From contig RSEE01000048.1 of the NCBI GenBank assembly GCA_003971905.1, forward strand, positions 434,001 through 498,000: a stretch of 64,000 nt of DNA, in the 5' to 3' direction. Each line of letters opens with the position of its first letter. Within the stretch, counting starts at the first letter, position 1. The position numbers and the translations under genes were made by a program. The stretch comes from Moniliella sp. 'wahieum' (taxonomy: Eukaryota). Below are positions 12,526 to 25,282 of the stretch, one piece after another. The notes under the pieces are model-generated. The model was not told the origin of the DNA. It did no database searches and worked only from the letters and a program-made list of their open reading frames with translations.

Positions 12526-12706
12526 TGTCACAGTCGGGGCTAAGGCGAGGGAGACCAGGATCGGACTAGGCCAAGGGGTGTAGCAATCGTTCGTGGGGAA
12601 GAAGCAAGAACAGAGGACATGGTGCGAAGTGGAAGGAACAGGGAAGGAGCGAGACGCTCGAGACGAAGAAATTGGAAATGGGAGCGAGATCAGCCAAACT
12701 ATGACA
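12526..12706. repeat. 5' terminal repeat (LTR-like, 181 bp)
   Basis: + strand TGTCACAGTCGGGG...CCAAACTATGACA, the reverse complement of 6942-7122. Confidence 0.95.
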
Positions 12707-12857
12707 TACCCACAGCCTTTCCTCGGGAGGAACCAAGTGGGACTGCAGTGGAAACGGTGACCGTCTTGGCACTATGCTCCCAATCCTACTTGACCGACTT
12801 GGGCTGAAACGCTGACGCAGACCGATCGCTTCGTTGACGATATGCCGTACACAAACC

Positions 12858-13116
12858 AAGAGAAGAAAGAGACAGAGAAAGAGAAGAGAAGAGAAGAGAG
12901 AGGAAGAGAAGAGAAGAGAGAAGAGAAGAGAAGAGAAGAGGAAGAGAAGAGAAGAGAAGAGAGAGAAGAGAAAGAGAAGGAGAGGAAGAGAGAGAAGAGA
13001 AGGAAGAGAAGAAGAGAAGAGAAGAGAGAGAAGAGAAGAGAAGAGAAGAGAAGAGAAGAGAGAGAAGAGAAGAGAAGAGAAAGAAGAGAAGAGAAGAGAA
13101 GAGAAAGAGAAGAAAA
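12858..13116 (+). repeat. Homopurine (GAGAA)n-like microsatellite, ~260 bp
   Basis: Essentially only A and G on the + strand. Confidence 0.95.
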
Positions 13117-13263
13117 TAGGAAACCACAGAAGAAAATAGGAAACCCACCCTTGTCTAGCTGCCTGACGTGTTCCCCAGGCCCATTCGAGCAATGCAGTGG
13201 AAAGTACACAATCGGTACTTTCCACTGCTGTGACGCTGGGACCCCAGTCTCCCCAAATAAACA

Positions 13264-13380
13264 CATGGCTAATCGAAATTTCTGGTGCACAATCTTGTGG
13301 GCCTTGCCCACCTTGAATTTCGTACGTAGTCCTCACATATCTATCCGGAACCTTGTTACCGGCATTTTCGATTAGCTATG
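13264..13380. repeat. 117-bp repeat unit 1 with ~15-bp terminal inverted repeats (MITE-like)
   Basis: CATGGCTAATCGAAA...TTTCGATTAGCTATG; near-identical to 13642-13757. Confidence 0.8.
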
Positions 13381-13641
13381 CAGGCAAGATACCGATTCGA
13401 GCGGTCCACGTCGGCGGCATCCTCACAGTGGTCGGCACAGTGGACCGTATTGAGCAGGATGGGTAGTTCGCTGCGTCGACGGCTCGTCGATATCCTGGCT
13501 GTTGTCCCCCCTCTTTGCGGCCATGGCCCCACACTGCCTCGCCCCCACCCTTGCACCAACACGTGCCGATACAGCATCGAGGTGAACACCTCAGTTCGAT
13601 GCGTACAGTATGCCTCGCCTACCATACCCGCTGCACCAACG

Positions 13642-13757
13642 CATGGCTAATCGAAATTTCTTGTGCACAATCTTGTGGGCCTTGCTCACCTTGAATTTTG
13701 TACGTAGTCCTCACATATCTATCCGGAACCTTGTTACCAGCGTTTCGATTAGCTATG
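13642..13757. repeat. 116-bp repeat unit 2 with terminal inverted repeats (MITE-like)
   Basis: Direct-orientation copy of 13264-13380 with a few substitutions. Confidence 0.8.
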
Positions 13758-14300
13758 CGGACATGGTGGGATTCGATTGGCTCCTTCTGTCCATTCGCCC
13801 CTGTCGTAAGCAATGGCAACGGTGTCGGCCCCGCAGCCTCCTGATGGCCACTTGCATATCTACAGGCAACTCGGCGGCGCTACATCAGGCCCAGCGTACA
13901 CGGGCGAGGGAACGAGCGCACTAAATCATGACAACTAGGGGGGAGGGGGGGAAGCGTGTCTGTGTGTATTTTTCGTTTGTCAAACCAACCGAGGAGATGG
14001 ATCGCCGTCCAGGGCCAGGCCAGGCCCGGCCGGGCGAGAAAAACAAAAGAAACCAAAAGAGAAAAGAGAACCAAGAAAAAAGTGTCCGTTCCATTGGCCA
14101 GGCTGCCCAGAACCGCAGTCCGTCGGCTTCGTCTCAATCTCACCACATGTTACAAAAAACAGAGAAACAAAATAGAGAGTGGATGGAGCCAAGAGGTGGA
14201 GGGTTGGAGGGGGAGGGGGGAATAAATGTCCGGGGGAGAAAGGGGGGGAGGAATGGCAACGCAACATCGAATAGCCTGCCGCGCTGCGCTGCCGGGACGA

Positions 14301-15757
14301 CTAGCGCACCAGTCCGCGTGCCAGCCAGGGCGCCGTACTGTGCTCGGAAATCGGCGAGGTTTCAGTAAACGTATCGCCATAGAACGGCTGCTGCGGACCG
14401 GGCGGATCCGCCGTCGGAGCCGCCTCGTCGTCCGAGAAAAAGTCAATGGTGGCCAGGCCGAGACGGATGCGGGCCGCACGCACTTCTTGCCGCTTGATGC
14501 GCGACGAGGCACGTTTGGCCTCCTCGGGCTCCACGCCCAACTCATCCGAGTCGGTCCGGGTGGGACTGCTGTTGTCGCCTTGTTCGCCCGAACCGTGGGA
14601 CCCGGCACGGGCCGAGGCGGCAAGGTGCCGCATTCGGTTCCCCGCGCGGACCGCATGCACTGCCGCGCGCCAGCGCAGCCGATGGTTCTCCCGCAGCGCC
14701 TCGGAGATGTCCTGCGTCGGCTGGCTGCCCGGCTGGGCGAGCCAAGGATGGGCGAGGGCCTGGCGGCGGTGATGCGCTGAGCTGGATCGACCGTGAGGCA
14801 GCACTTGACAAACGCCTTGGCCGGGTCCGAAATGCGGTCCCAGTGCTTGGAGTGGAACTGCACCTTGCCCTCTTTGGTGGCTGCCGCCAAGTGGCTCGGG
14901 TCGTCGTTGCGAAAGGGAGTATAGCCACAAAGGAGTGTGTAGGTGATCACGCCCAAGCTCCACAAGTCGACGGGGGTACCATGGCCTTGGCGCGAAAGGA
15001 TTTCGGGCGCAGCGTAGCCCAGGGAACCGGCCACGGACGTTAACACTTCCTCGGGCGTATGCAGCGCACGAGCAATCCCAAAGTCCACCAGCACCACGTC
15101 CGCGTCCTGCGCCTTGGACCGGAACAGGATGTTCTCCGGCTTGACATCGCGGTGGACCACGCCATGCTCGTGCAGGTACGCCAGTGCACTGGCCACCGAA
15201 CGCACCAAGTCCGCCGCATCGCGCTCGGAAAACTTGCCGCGCGCAATCAGGCAGTCAAACAGCTCTCCGCCATCCGCCAGCTCAAACACGAGATAGTACT
15301 TGTCCCGGCTCTCAAACCAGTCCAAGAGCCGGACAATGTGCCGGTGCGGCGGCGACAGGCTCGCCAGCACGCCAATCTCCGACTCGACAAACTCGGTCTT
15401 GCCGCGCAGCACTTTTTTGGGAATCACCTTGATGGCCACTTTTTGCCCGGGCTGGGCGCGCGACTCGGTCGCGCCAAAGCTTCGGTCGCCCGTGCGCACG
15501 CTGCCCGACGGCGGCGACTCGCGGTCGGGGTGCGGCGGGGAGCCGGGCGGGGCGGTGGGCGCGAGCGGGTCGGGCTCGTGGCTGGGGGGCGCAGGCTGGC
15601 GCAGCTTGCGGGGACTGGCGGGGCTCGGGGCGGCGAGGCGGGTGGCGAGGCGGACGGTGCCAAAGGTGCCCTCGCCCAGGACAGAGGAGAAGGCATAGAG
15701 CTTCTTGCGCGAGTACGAGTCGGGCTGGCGGCCAAGCAGGTGCTTGACGTTGACCAT
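14301..15757 (-). CDS. Ca2+/calmodulin-dependent protein kinase (CAMK1/CMK family)
   Basis: [33 protein letters not shown] and DLWSLG motifs. After a frameshift, ALAHPWL and a CaM-binding-like [18 protein letters not shown]. Confidence 0.9.
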
Positions 15758-16100
15758 GGCGGGGGGGGCGACGGACACGCTCGCCAGCCAAGCTGCAGGA
15801 CGGGGCGCAGGTGGCGCGGGCGGTGGTGGCGGAGACGCAGGCGGCGCAGGTACGTAAGCCCGCCGCTCGTACTCAGCACAGCGCTCGGCCCCCGCACGGC
15901 GCCTGTGTGGGTGTTGGCTATTGATGGGGTGGGAATATGCACGCTTGTTGCCACCGCCGCACGCCTGCAACTTTCAACCGGCGCCCCTCGACGCTACCCC
16001 ATGTCGCCGCAGCCTCGCTTCAAGCTTCAATATCCAAGCCGCACGGTGGTCGACTGCGGTCGGCCCGGGTAAGCTGGTCGCCCCCCCGCCGCCCTCCCCC

Positions 16101-16286
16101 ATGTCTGGCTGGGCTCCCGTCGGGGTCGGCATCCTCGCCGGCGCCTGGGCCTGCACCGCCACAAAGGGCCCCAACCAGACCCTCATCCGCTCCTCCGTCC
16201 TCCTCACCCTCACCTGCTGCTACCTCATGTGGGCCATCGTCTACCTGGCCCAGCTCAAACGCGCCGACTTGCGCTTCGAGGACTAA
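16101..16286 (+). CDS. VMA9: V-type ATPase V0 subunit e
   Basis: MSGW..KGPNQTLIRSSVLLTLTCCYLMWAIVYLAQL, the subunit e signature. Confidence 0.85.
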   Translation: MSGWAPVGVGILAGAWACTATKGPNQTLIRSSVLLTLTCCYLMWAIVYLAQLKRADLRFED

Positions 16287-17660
16287 CCGACCACGTGCTG
16301 GCTCCGCGTCGGCAACCCCACGACTCGTAAACTGATCCGTTCAACGTCTCTGCCATTTACGTTTCCTTTTCCATCCTTCCGACCTCCCCCTCCCCCCTCG
16401 AGCGCCTTATCTCCTGCCACTTCCCAATCTAATATACCGTGCGTGCCATCTCCTTCCATTCAACGGCCTTGGGTCCCGGCACACCGAGCACCCTCTCAAT
16501 GCTGCTGCTTGCAGTACCACGCCGCGGAGCCCGACGCCAAACCGGGCACGTCATTCGTGGCTGATTTGCTCTTGCTTGAGCGGCGGTGGGCGACGGGCGA
16601 CGGGCGACCGCTCGCCTCAAGCCTCACTCTCGAGAGGGACAGACTGGGGGCGGTGCTCGAGTATGCGATGCTACCATCACTAGTCCGGAACGGCCCATGC
16701 GTTCGTCGGGGAAAACGGAATTCTCCAACATATACAGCGGTCGCTTGTTGGAGTGTCAATCCGCTGAAAATGGTAGCGCCTGCACCGCGGACAGAACAGA
16801 TGTGCGTATGAACGAGTGCAGCTATAACGACGAGGTGTGAAACGGATGGGTACTGGGTATTGCATTGAAGGGGACAGGGCCCATGCGGAAGACATGGGAT
16901 GATAACGACCGCAGCAACCAGACAATTGTTGGCCTCACGAGAGGAGATCGTCGGGCATACCAGTGGCCAGCAGAACCGCTGCGCCGCGAGGGAAGGGATG
17001 GGAAGGATAGGGTGTGCCCGCACAAAAATTTGGCCGCTCGCCACGCGAAAAGCAGTGGACGATAGCCGGTAAGCGGTAACGGGGAGAGGGTTGCTCTAGC
17101 ATCGCACGATAGAGGCCAGACGAGAGAAGGGGCTGCCGGCAAAGGCAGCCCACCCGCCGGCCCACAATAAGGACGCAGTATGAGTAAGGAAGAGAGAAAA
17201 GCCGTCGCGCCGGCGCACCCGAAGAAATACGCAGCGCGCAGGCGCCCTCATTCCGCTCGCGGGCGGACCAGGGGCGCCTCCACGAGGGGTGGCCGGTGGG
17301 AGCGGTGCACATTGAAATTGCAACGGACGTTCACGTGTGGTTGAAATGTAGAAAGCGACCGCGTGTGGATTTGAACGTTTAATAACCACCACCCCCGAAC
17401 CAGCTGCCGACGTGGAGGGCGAGCTGCAGCGCGGCGGCAGACACACTGCTGCCGTGCTGCGATGGGCCAAGGCTGGCGCTGTGCCTGCGCTGGACGCGGC
17501 ACCAGGCCAGTGGCGGTGGAGCGCTCTTGCGCTGCCCGCCTCGAGGCACGAAGGCAGAGCGGGGAAGCCCACCAGCCAGCCCATCCGTCCATCCGTCGCT
17601 TCTTCCTCCCCACCACCGCCGCCTTGCGCCCGCTCCTTTGCCGCCCCCCCCCCCACCGCC

Positions 17661-19285
<1,625 letters not shown>

Positions 19286-19661
19286 GTCTGGCCTACTGCG
19301 CCATCTCTGTTGGGGTGCCGTGGGGAAGATGGGGCGTGGCAAGAGGGGGAAGACACTACATAGTGCTACCTACTCACCTACTCTGCAACGCAATGCGATT
19401 AACTTGGTTTTGCTCGACACGAGCTCATGCCCTCGAAAAAATAGATGAACAGAAAAGCCAGTGTTCGTCTTCTACGTTGGTGGGCGCGTGGTGCGTTTCC
19501 CGGGGGTCGGGTCGGTCGAAGAGGTTGGTGAGTTGGTCGGAAGGAACGCGTTGTGTTGGTCTACCACTATGCTGCGCCTCTGCATCTGCACGTCATGCAT
19601 CATGTACCACTCATCACGCACCGTAGGGGGATGCATTTATTTACAGTGCGCTCGAGGCCGC

Positions 19662-22472
19662 TCAAGCCAGCGTGGCCGCCGCATGCGACAGCACCACCTT
19701 GCCCGTCTCCTTGACCTTGGCCACAAACACCACCTTCTTGTCCTCCTTCCACAGCTCCGTCACCACCGTCTCGCCCGGGAAGACAGTCGAGGCAAAGCGC
19801 ACCTTGACCGACGAGATGGGGCCGTACGTGTCGACGATCGCCTTGGTCGCCACGGCAAACGTGCAGAGACCGTGGAGGATCGGGCGAGAAAAGCCGCCAA
19901 TCTTGGCAAAGTCGGGATCAATGTGCAGCGGGTTAAAGTCGCCGCTGAGGCGGTACAGCGCCGCCTGGTCCGGGTTGGTCGTACGTTCCACCACGGCGTC
20001 CGGCGCGCGCGTCGGCGGCGTATTGACCGCACTCGCTTCCCCACGGTCATTGCCCGTCTTCTTGCCGCCAAAGCCACCGGCGCCACGGATAAAGACGGTA
20101 GACTGGTTCTCAAACAGTAGGTCCCCAGACTCCTTTTCGTACGTCTTGGTCACCGTCGTCACTGCCGCCGCCTTGCCCTTGTCCAGCACCTCCAGCAGCG
20201 CAGGCTTGTTGACCAACGTGCCCGCCACCGGAATCTCCTTGTAAATCTTCAGGTACTGTTCGCCGTGCAAGAGCATCATCGGGCTAAAGTTGGGCAGCCA
20301 GTCGAGCGGGAGCGAGGACGAGGCGGCAAACTGCGGAATGACACCAAACGTGGGCAAGGCCTGGAAGTCGTCCGCTTGCTCAAACGTGTAGTTGAGCTCG
20401 GTCGCCTTGGCCCCCACACCGAGGTTGTACAGAATGACATCCTTCTCCTCGTACGTGTACTCCGAGGGCTCAACCGCCTGCTGCTTGGCCTCCCGGACCA
20501 ACTCGGGGTCCTCGGGATCAATCAGCGACGCCTCCCCACCTTCCTCAGCCTCCTCCACCTCGTCCCCCTCGCCATCCAAGTTGGCCATAATGTCGCCCAG
20601 CGCCTCCTGCGTGTCCGCGGGCCAGCTGGCGCGCTCCGGGTCAAAGTCAAAGATGCGCGTGATGCGCGCGGCGACCTTTTCGGGGGTAAGGGGCGTCTGG
20701 TGGCTAAACGCCACTCCGCCCGCACGCTCCCAGCGCACAGCGGCCACCCAGCCACCCGACACCTCAAACAGGCCCTTGGTCACCTCGTCATTGTCCTCCG
20801 AAGCCAGGTAGGCAACCAAGGGCGCGACAAAGTCGGGCTTAAACGCATCCACCATCTCCTGGGGCCAAATTGTCGCCGTCATGGCCGTGCCAGCGTTCGG
20901 GGCAATGGATGGTATTGGCCAAAATTGTACTTGGCACCCTCAATCGACAGGGTTTGCGTCAGGCCCAGGATGGCCGCCTTGGCCGTCGAGTAGTTGGCCT
21001 GGCCAAAGTTGCCATACAGCCCAACGGCCGAGTGGTGTTGACAATGCGGCCGTACTTTTGTTGAGGAGGAAAATGGGCCAGGCAGCCTTGCAGATCGAGT
21101 AGGTGCCACGCAGGTGCACGGCCACCACCACCTTCCACTCCTCATCCGTCATCGAGGCAAACGACTTGTCGCGCAAAATGCCTGCATTGTTGATCACGGC
21201 GTGCAACCCGCCAAACGCCTTGACCGCCGCGTCGACAATCTTCTGCCCATCCTCCACCGAGCCAATCGCCGGCGCCGCCTTGCCGCCCGCCTTCTGGATC
21301 GCCGCCACCACCTCGTTTGCATTCTTTTCCGAAAAGTCATTCACGACCACATTCGCACCCGCCTTGCCAAACAAGAGCGCATACGCCTTGCCCAGCCCAG
21401 CGCCGGCACCCGTAATCAGCACCGTCTGCCATCAAACCGCACCTCGCCTTCCTGCTCATTGGCAGGGGCCTTCTTGGCGCGCTCGAGCAGCTCCAGGTGG
21501 TTGGCATCCGTAATCGAGGTGGGGTACTCCACTTCGCCATCAAAGTCGAGAATGTCATCAATCTTGGCCTTGATCGCAGCGGGGGTAAAGGTGTCGTCGG
21601 CGCGGGAAGACGTGGCCCTTGGTGCGTTGACGACGCAGCCCAGCATTGAAGCCGGCACCCGACTCGATCAGCTGGCCCGTCACATCCGCATTGGCAGCAC
21701 TGACAAGGTAGGCCACCAGTGGCGCCACGTACTCGGGCTGCAGCTTCTCCAAAATCTCCGGCGGCATCACCGTCGCCGTCATTTGCGACGCGGCAATCGG
21801 CGCAATCGTGTTGACAAGAATGTTGTATTTGGCGCCCTCGATCGACAGGGTGCGGGAAAAGCCGTAGAGACCCAGCTTGGCCGCACTGTAGTTGGCTTGG
21901 CCAAAGTTGCCATAGATGCCAGCGGCAGAGGAAATGTTGATGATACGTCCATACTAGAGCGAGGCAAAAAGACAGGCGGGGGGGAGGGGGGTCAGCAAGG
22001 ACCACAGCAAAACAAGAGGAGAGAAAAACAACATACCTTTTGCTTGCGCATGTAGGGCCAGGCAGCATGCGCACAGGCGTAGGATCCCGTCACGTGGACC
22101 GCAATGACCGCGTCAAACTCAGCCGTCATGGCCTTGAAGGACTTGTCGCGCAAGATGCCGGCATTGTTGATCACAATGTCGATCCGGCCCCAGGTGTCGA
22201 CAGCCTGCTTGACCAGCTTGTCGCCCTCAATGTTCGAGTTGTAGTTGGCAATCGCCTCGCCGCCGCGGCCTTGATTTGGGCCACGACGACATCGGCCGCC
22301 TTCTTGCTCTTGTCCTCCACGCGGGGCCCAGGTCATTCACCACCACCTTGGCGCCGCGGCTGGCGAGGAGCACAGCATACGCCTTGCCAATACCGTTGCC
22401 GGCGCCAGTGACGATGGCCACGCGGTTCTTGAAGGAGATGGCGCCGTTCTCGAGCTCGGGAAATTCAGACAT
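19662..22472 (-). CDS. FOX2: Peroxisomal multifunctional beta-oxidation enzyme (two SDR dehydrogenase domains plus hydratase 2)
   Basis: Two TGAGxGxGKAYA / [11 protein letters not shown] / YGNFGQANY domains and the hydratase motif [22 protein letters not shown]. Intron 22036-21954. Confidence 0.95.
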
Positions 22473-24322
22473 GCGGGAGAAAAAGCGGGGCGCTGGGTGG
22501 GAAGAGCGCGGCGGCGGCGGCGGTGCGCGCGTTAAATGGTCCAGGGGGGGGGGGGGGCGGGTGAAAGGAAGGCGGCGGCCACACGGCGCCAGTGCCGCGT
22601 GCCAGCGCCTGGGCCTGCCTGCCCCAGCGCCGCCTGCGCCCGGCTGCCGGCCCGGACGCCGCCGTGGGGGGCGGACACGGGCAACCCTACCGCCTAAACC
22701 GCACACGGCGGGGCACGGGGGCAGCGGGGTGGGGCGATGACGTACTCCTGCCGCCCGCCGCGTCAGCGTGCTGCGTGACACGTGAAAAGCGCACGGCCCG
22801 CCCGCGCCAACCCTAACCAGCTCCCCACACACGCCGGAGCTACAGCTGGTGCTCCCACAGAAAACACGCCACTCGGCCGGCTCTCGAGTCCCGCTTTGGG
22901 CTTCATATTCAACCTGAATCGCTATGCTAGCACCCCCTTGTTGTGGCCCCAGAAGCCCAGTTGGACAATGCCTCCCTCCGCCCATCGCGTGCTGCCCGCA
23001 GCGCAACGCCGCTTCCCTCCAACCCATCATTACAGCCGCACCAGTTAAAGCACCCCCCGCTCGGCAGCTCTGCGCTGGTGAGCAGTCTTTCCTGAGGGTT
23101 CAGTTGGCACTGCGACCAATTGGCTACTCCAGAGCGTCTTGGAGCGCGGGCGTCAATGGTTCAGTGTGCTACTCTTTTTGGATGTTGGCCCGAGCCGCCG
23201 GACATCGTGGCATCGTCCACATGCCCACCACCGTTCGAGAGAGAAGTACAAATGTAGAACAGCTCTTCGATTTACTCCAATTGATTTTCAGACTCGATTC
23301 AACATGTTGAGAGAGTTACCTCATTCATCAATATATTGTGTCGTTTTGTCCGGGCGCAGGTTACGGTAACCGGAGATGGAGATGAAGTAGGGCCTAAATA
23401 GTGGCGACGCAAATGGATTGCATGTCGGGACCAGGGCGGGGCGGGGAAGTGACCCCTCGGGAGGCGGGGGACGATCCTTGAGGCACTGTGATCGGAGGGC
23501 GGTGGGGTCAACGAAGAGTCGTTGCCGTCGGAGATATCGTCCATCTTGGGGCGGCCGCGTTGGGTTCACAACGGCGCGGCGGTTGGACATGGGATGGGAA
23601 GGAGTGAGGTAGGGCGGAGAGAGATGTCCAACAAGATGGGATGGGTGCCAGTTGGGCTAAAACAGCCAGGAAGGCTGAATGGGATCTCAAACCTAACATA
23701 CGTAACAGGAAATAGAGATGGGGCAAAGGATGAGGATCATATTGATCGAGTGGAAAGAGGGCGAGAGGTATACATGCTCGGAGAAGAAGAGAACATGCGA
23801 ACCAAGTCGCACTGAGAAGGAAGGGGGAGCATAGTCAAAGGGGGGAAACATGGTCTAGAACAAATCAGGGAGACCAGTCAACCTGGTGACTAGAAGTAGG
23901 ACCAGGCGGGTCCGATCCCGACACCATACGGCACTGTGCCAGAATTGTCCTCCACCCAGTGCTCCTGCACAGCCTACTAGTACGCTACGATCTTGGTCTC
24001 TCTTCGCACCCACTCGGACTCTTTCACACTTTCATTCTTCCGCACAGAGAACTCGAAATGGGGCACCTGGCCAGGGGGGTACGGGGGAGGAGGAAGGAAG
24101 GGAGAGTGATGGCCCCAAGAAGGGGAGGGGAAACGAGGTCCAATAGCCTCTGGGTGGGATGCACCGGTGTGCGCGAGAGAGTGAGATGCGCATGTATACA
24201 TTGGCTCTTCATCGAGGGCCGCGCCGCGTCCCATCTCTCCCAGCCTACGCACCTACCCGCCATACGGGCAGACGTCTGGTGGGCGGACACGTGTCGATTG
24301 GTGCGGCTCGCTCGCTCACCGC

Positions 24323-25282
24323 TCAGGTATGACAGGTGTATCCCAGACAAATGCCCAGGACAATGGCAGCGATGCAGAGCAGAGTGACAAGAATGGCAAA
24401 GACAATACGCAAGACCAGCCATTTGGTCAGGCGGGGGCGGCGCAGGGGGAACCACGTCGGGCGGAGCTGCCAGCTGTGTATGTCAGACCGTCCTCGTAGC
24501 CTGAGCCTGGGCCGGGCCCTGTGTCGTGCGCTGGGACGCACCTGGGCCCGGCCGAATAAACGGGAGCATGGGCCGACAGCTCACTCATCTCCACCGGCGT
24601 GGCAGACAGGAGGGTAATGGACGGAAGGGACAACCGGGTGTCAGGTACAGCCGGTGGGGTGGGGCTCGGGACAGGGGAGATGGCTAAGGCGGCCGTCTCG
24701 ACGAGCGGAGGAGGGGGGCTGCCAGTAGCGGTGTGAGACGTGCCGGGGATCAGGCGGGAGAAGGAGGAAGCAGGGGTGTGGGATTGGACTTTGTAGGGCG
24801 TAGCAGGCGCAGGCGACGGGGTGATGAGCGTCGCTTGGCTCGCCATGCCCATGGTGGAGAAGAGGGAAAAGAAGGACCCAGCACTGCTTGCATTCCGCTT
24901 AGGGTGATCAGGGCGGACCGACCGGTTGGCCATAGACCAATCACCAGACGAGCCAGGGTACGACCGAGGGATGAAGGACGAAGGCGGCGCACCACTTGCG
25001 CCCGGCACGGCCGGAGTGCAAGGGCGAAGCGTGGTAGGAGCGCAGAGAGGTGGAGGGGATCGTTGGGATCATGTGTCTGTGCGCGCACGGTGGCGCTGCT
25101 GCCGGCTCGGTCGAGATCAAGAGGGAGAAGGTCAAGGAGGGTTCTTCGGGCGGGTCCGACAGCTGTTCCTGCAGCATGCTCCCCGAATGCCCCACATGGT
25201 GAAAGCCGTAAAACAGACTCTCGAGGAGAGAGAGCGTCTGCTGGGGGCGGGAAAAGGTAGAGGGGTCGTCGTGCCCGGACAT
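24323..25282 (-). CDS. Hypothetical protein with a C-terminal transmembrane helix; boundaries approximate
   Basis: Frameshifted ORF pieces ending in KWLVLRIVFAILVTLLCIAAIVLGICLGY. Confidence 0.35.

Larger units (their letters stand above)
6942..12706 (-). mobile_element. Full-length Ty3/Gypsy chromovirus-type retrotransposon with inverted 181-bp terminal repeats
   Basis: Gag-PR-RT-RNaseH-IN-chromodomain on the minus strand. TGTCA..TGACA termini. Flanks TACTC (6937-6941) and TACCC (12707-12711) form a 5-bp TSD with one mismatch. Confidence 0.93.

Noticed and set aside
10812..12569. Long antisense ORFs (585 aa here, 748 aa at 17096-19342 and others)
   Set aside because: These are shadow ORFs opposite high-GC3 genes, with no recognisable domains.
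6942..12706. DIRS/tyrosine-recombinase element as the explanation for the inverted termini
   Set aside because: It encodes an aspartic protease and a DDE integrase with chromodomain, has a PPT and a TSD, and shows no tyrosine recombinase or internal complementary region.
12566..13375. Leu/Ser/Phe-rich and Arg/Glu/Lys-rich ORFs
   Set aside because: They are translations of the GAGAA microsatellite.
13264..13380. Hammerhead ribozyme or 18S rRNA fragment (minus-strand GTAACAAGGTT) in the repeat unit
   Set aside because: There is no CUGANGA core, the GAAA is lost in copy 2, and the rRNA-like match is only ~11 nt.
13264..13757. CRISPR-like repeat-spacer array
   Set aside because: There are only two long repeats, the context is eukaryotic, and no cas genes are present in the window.
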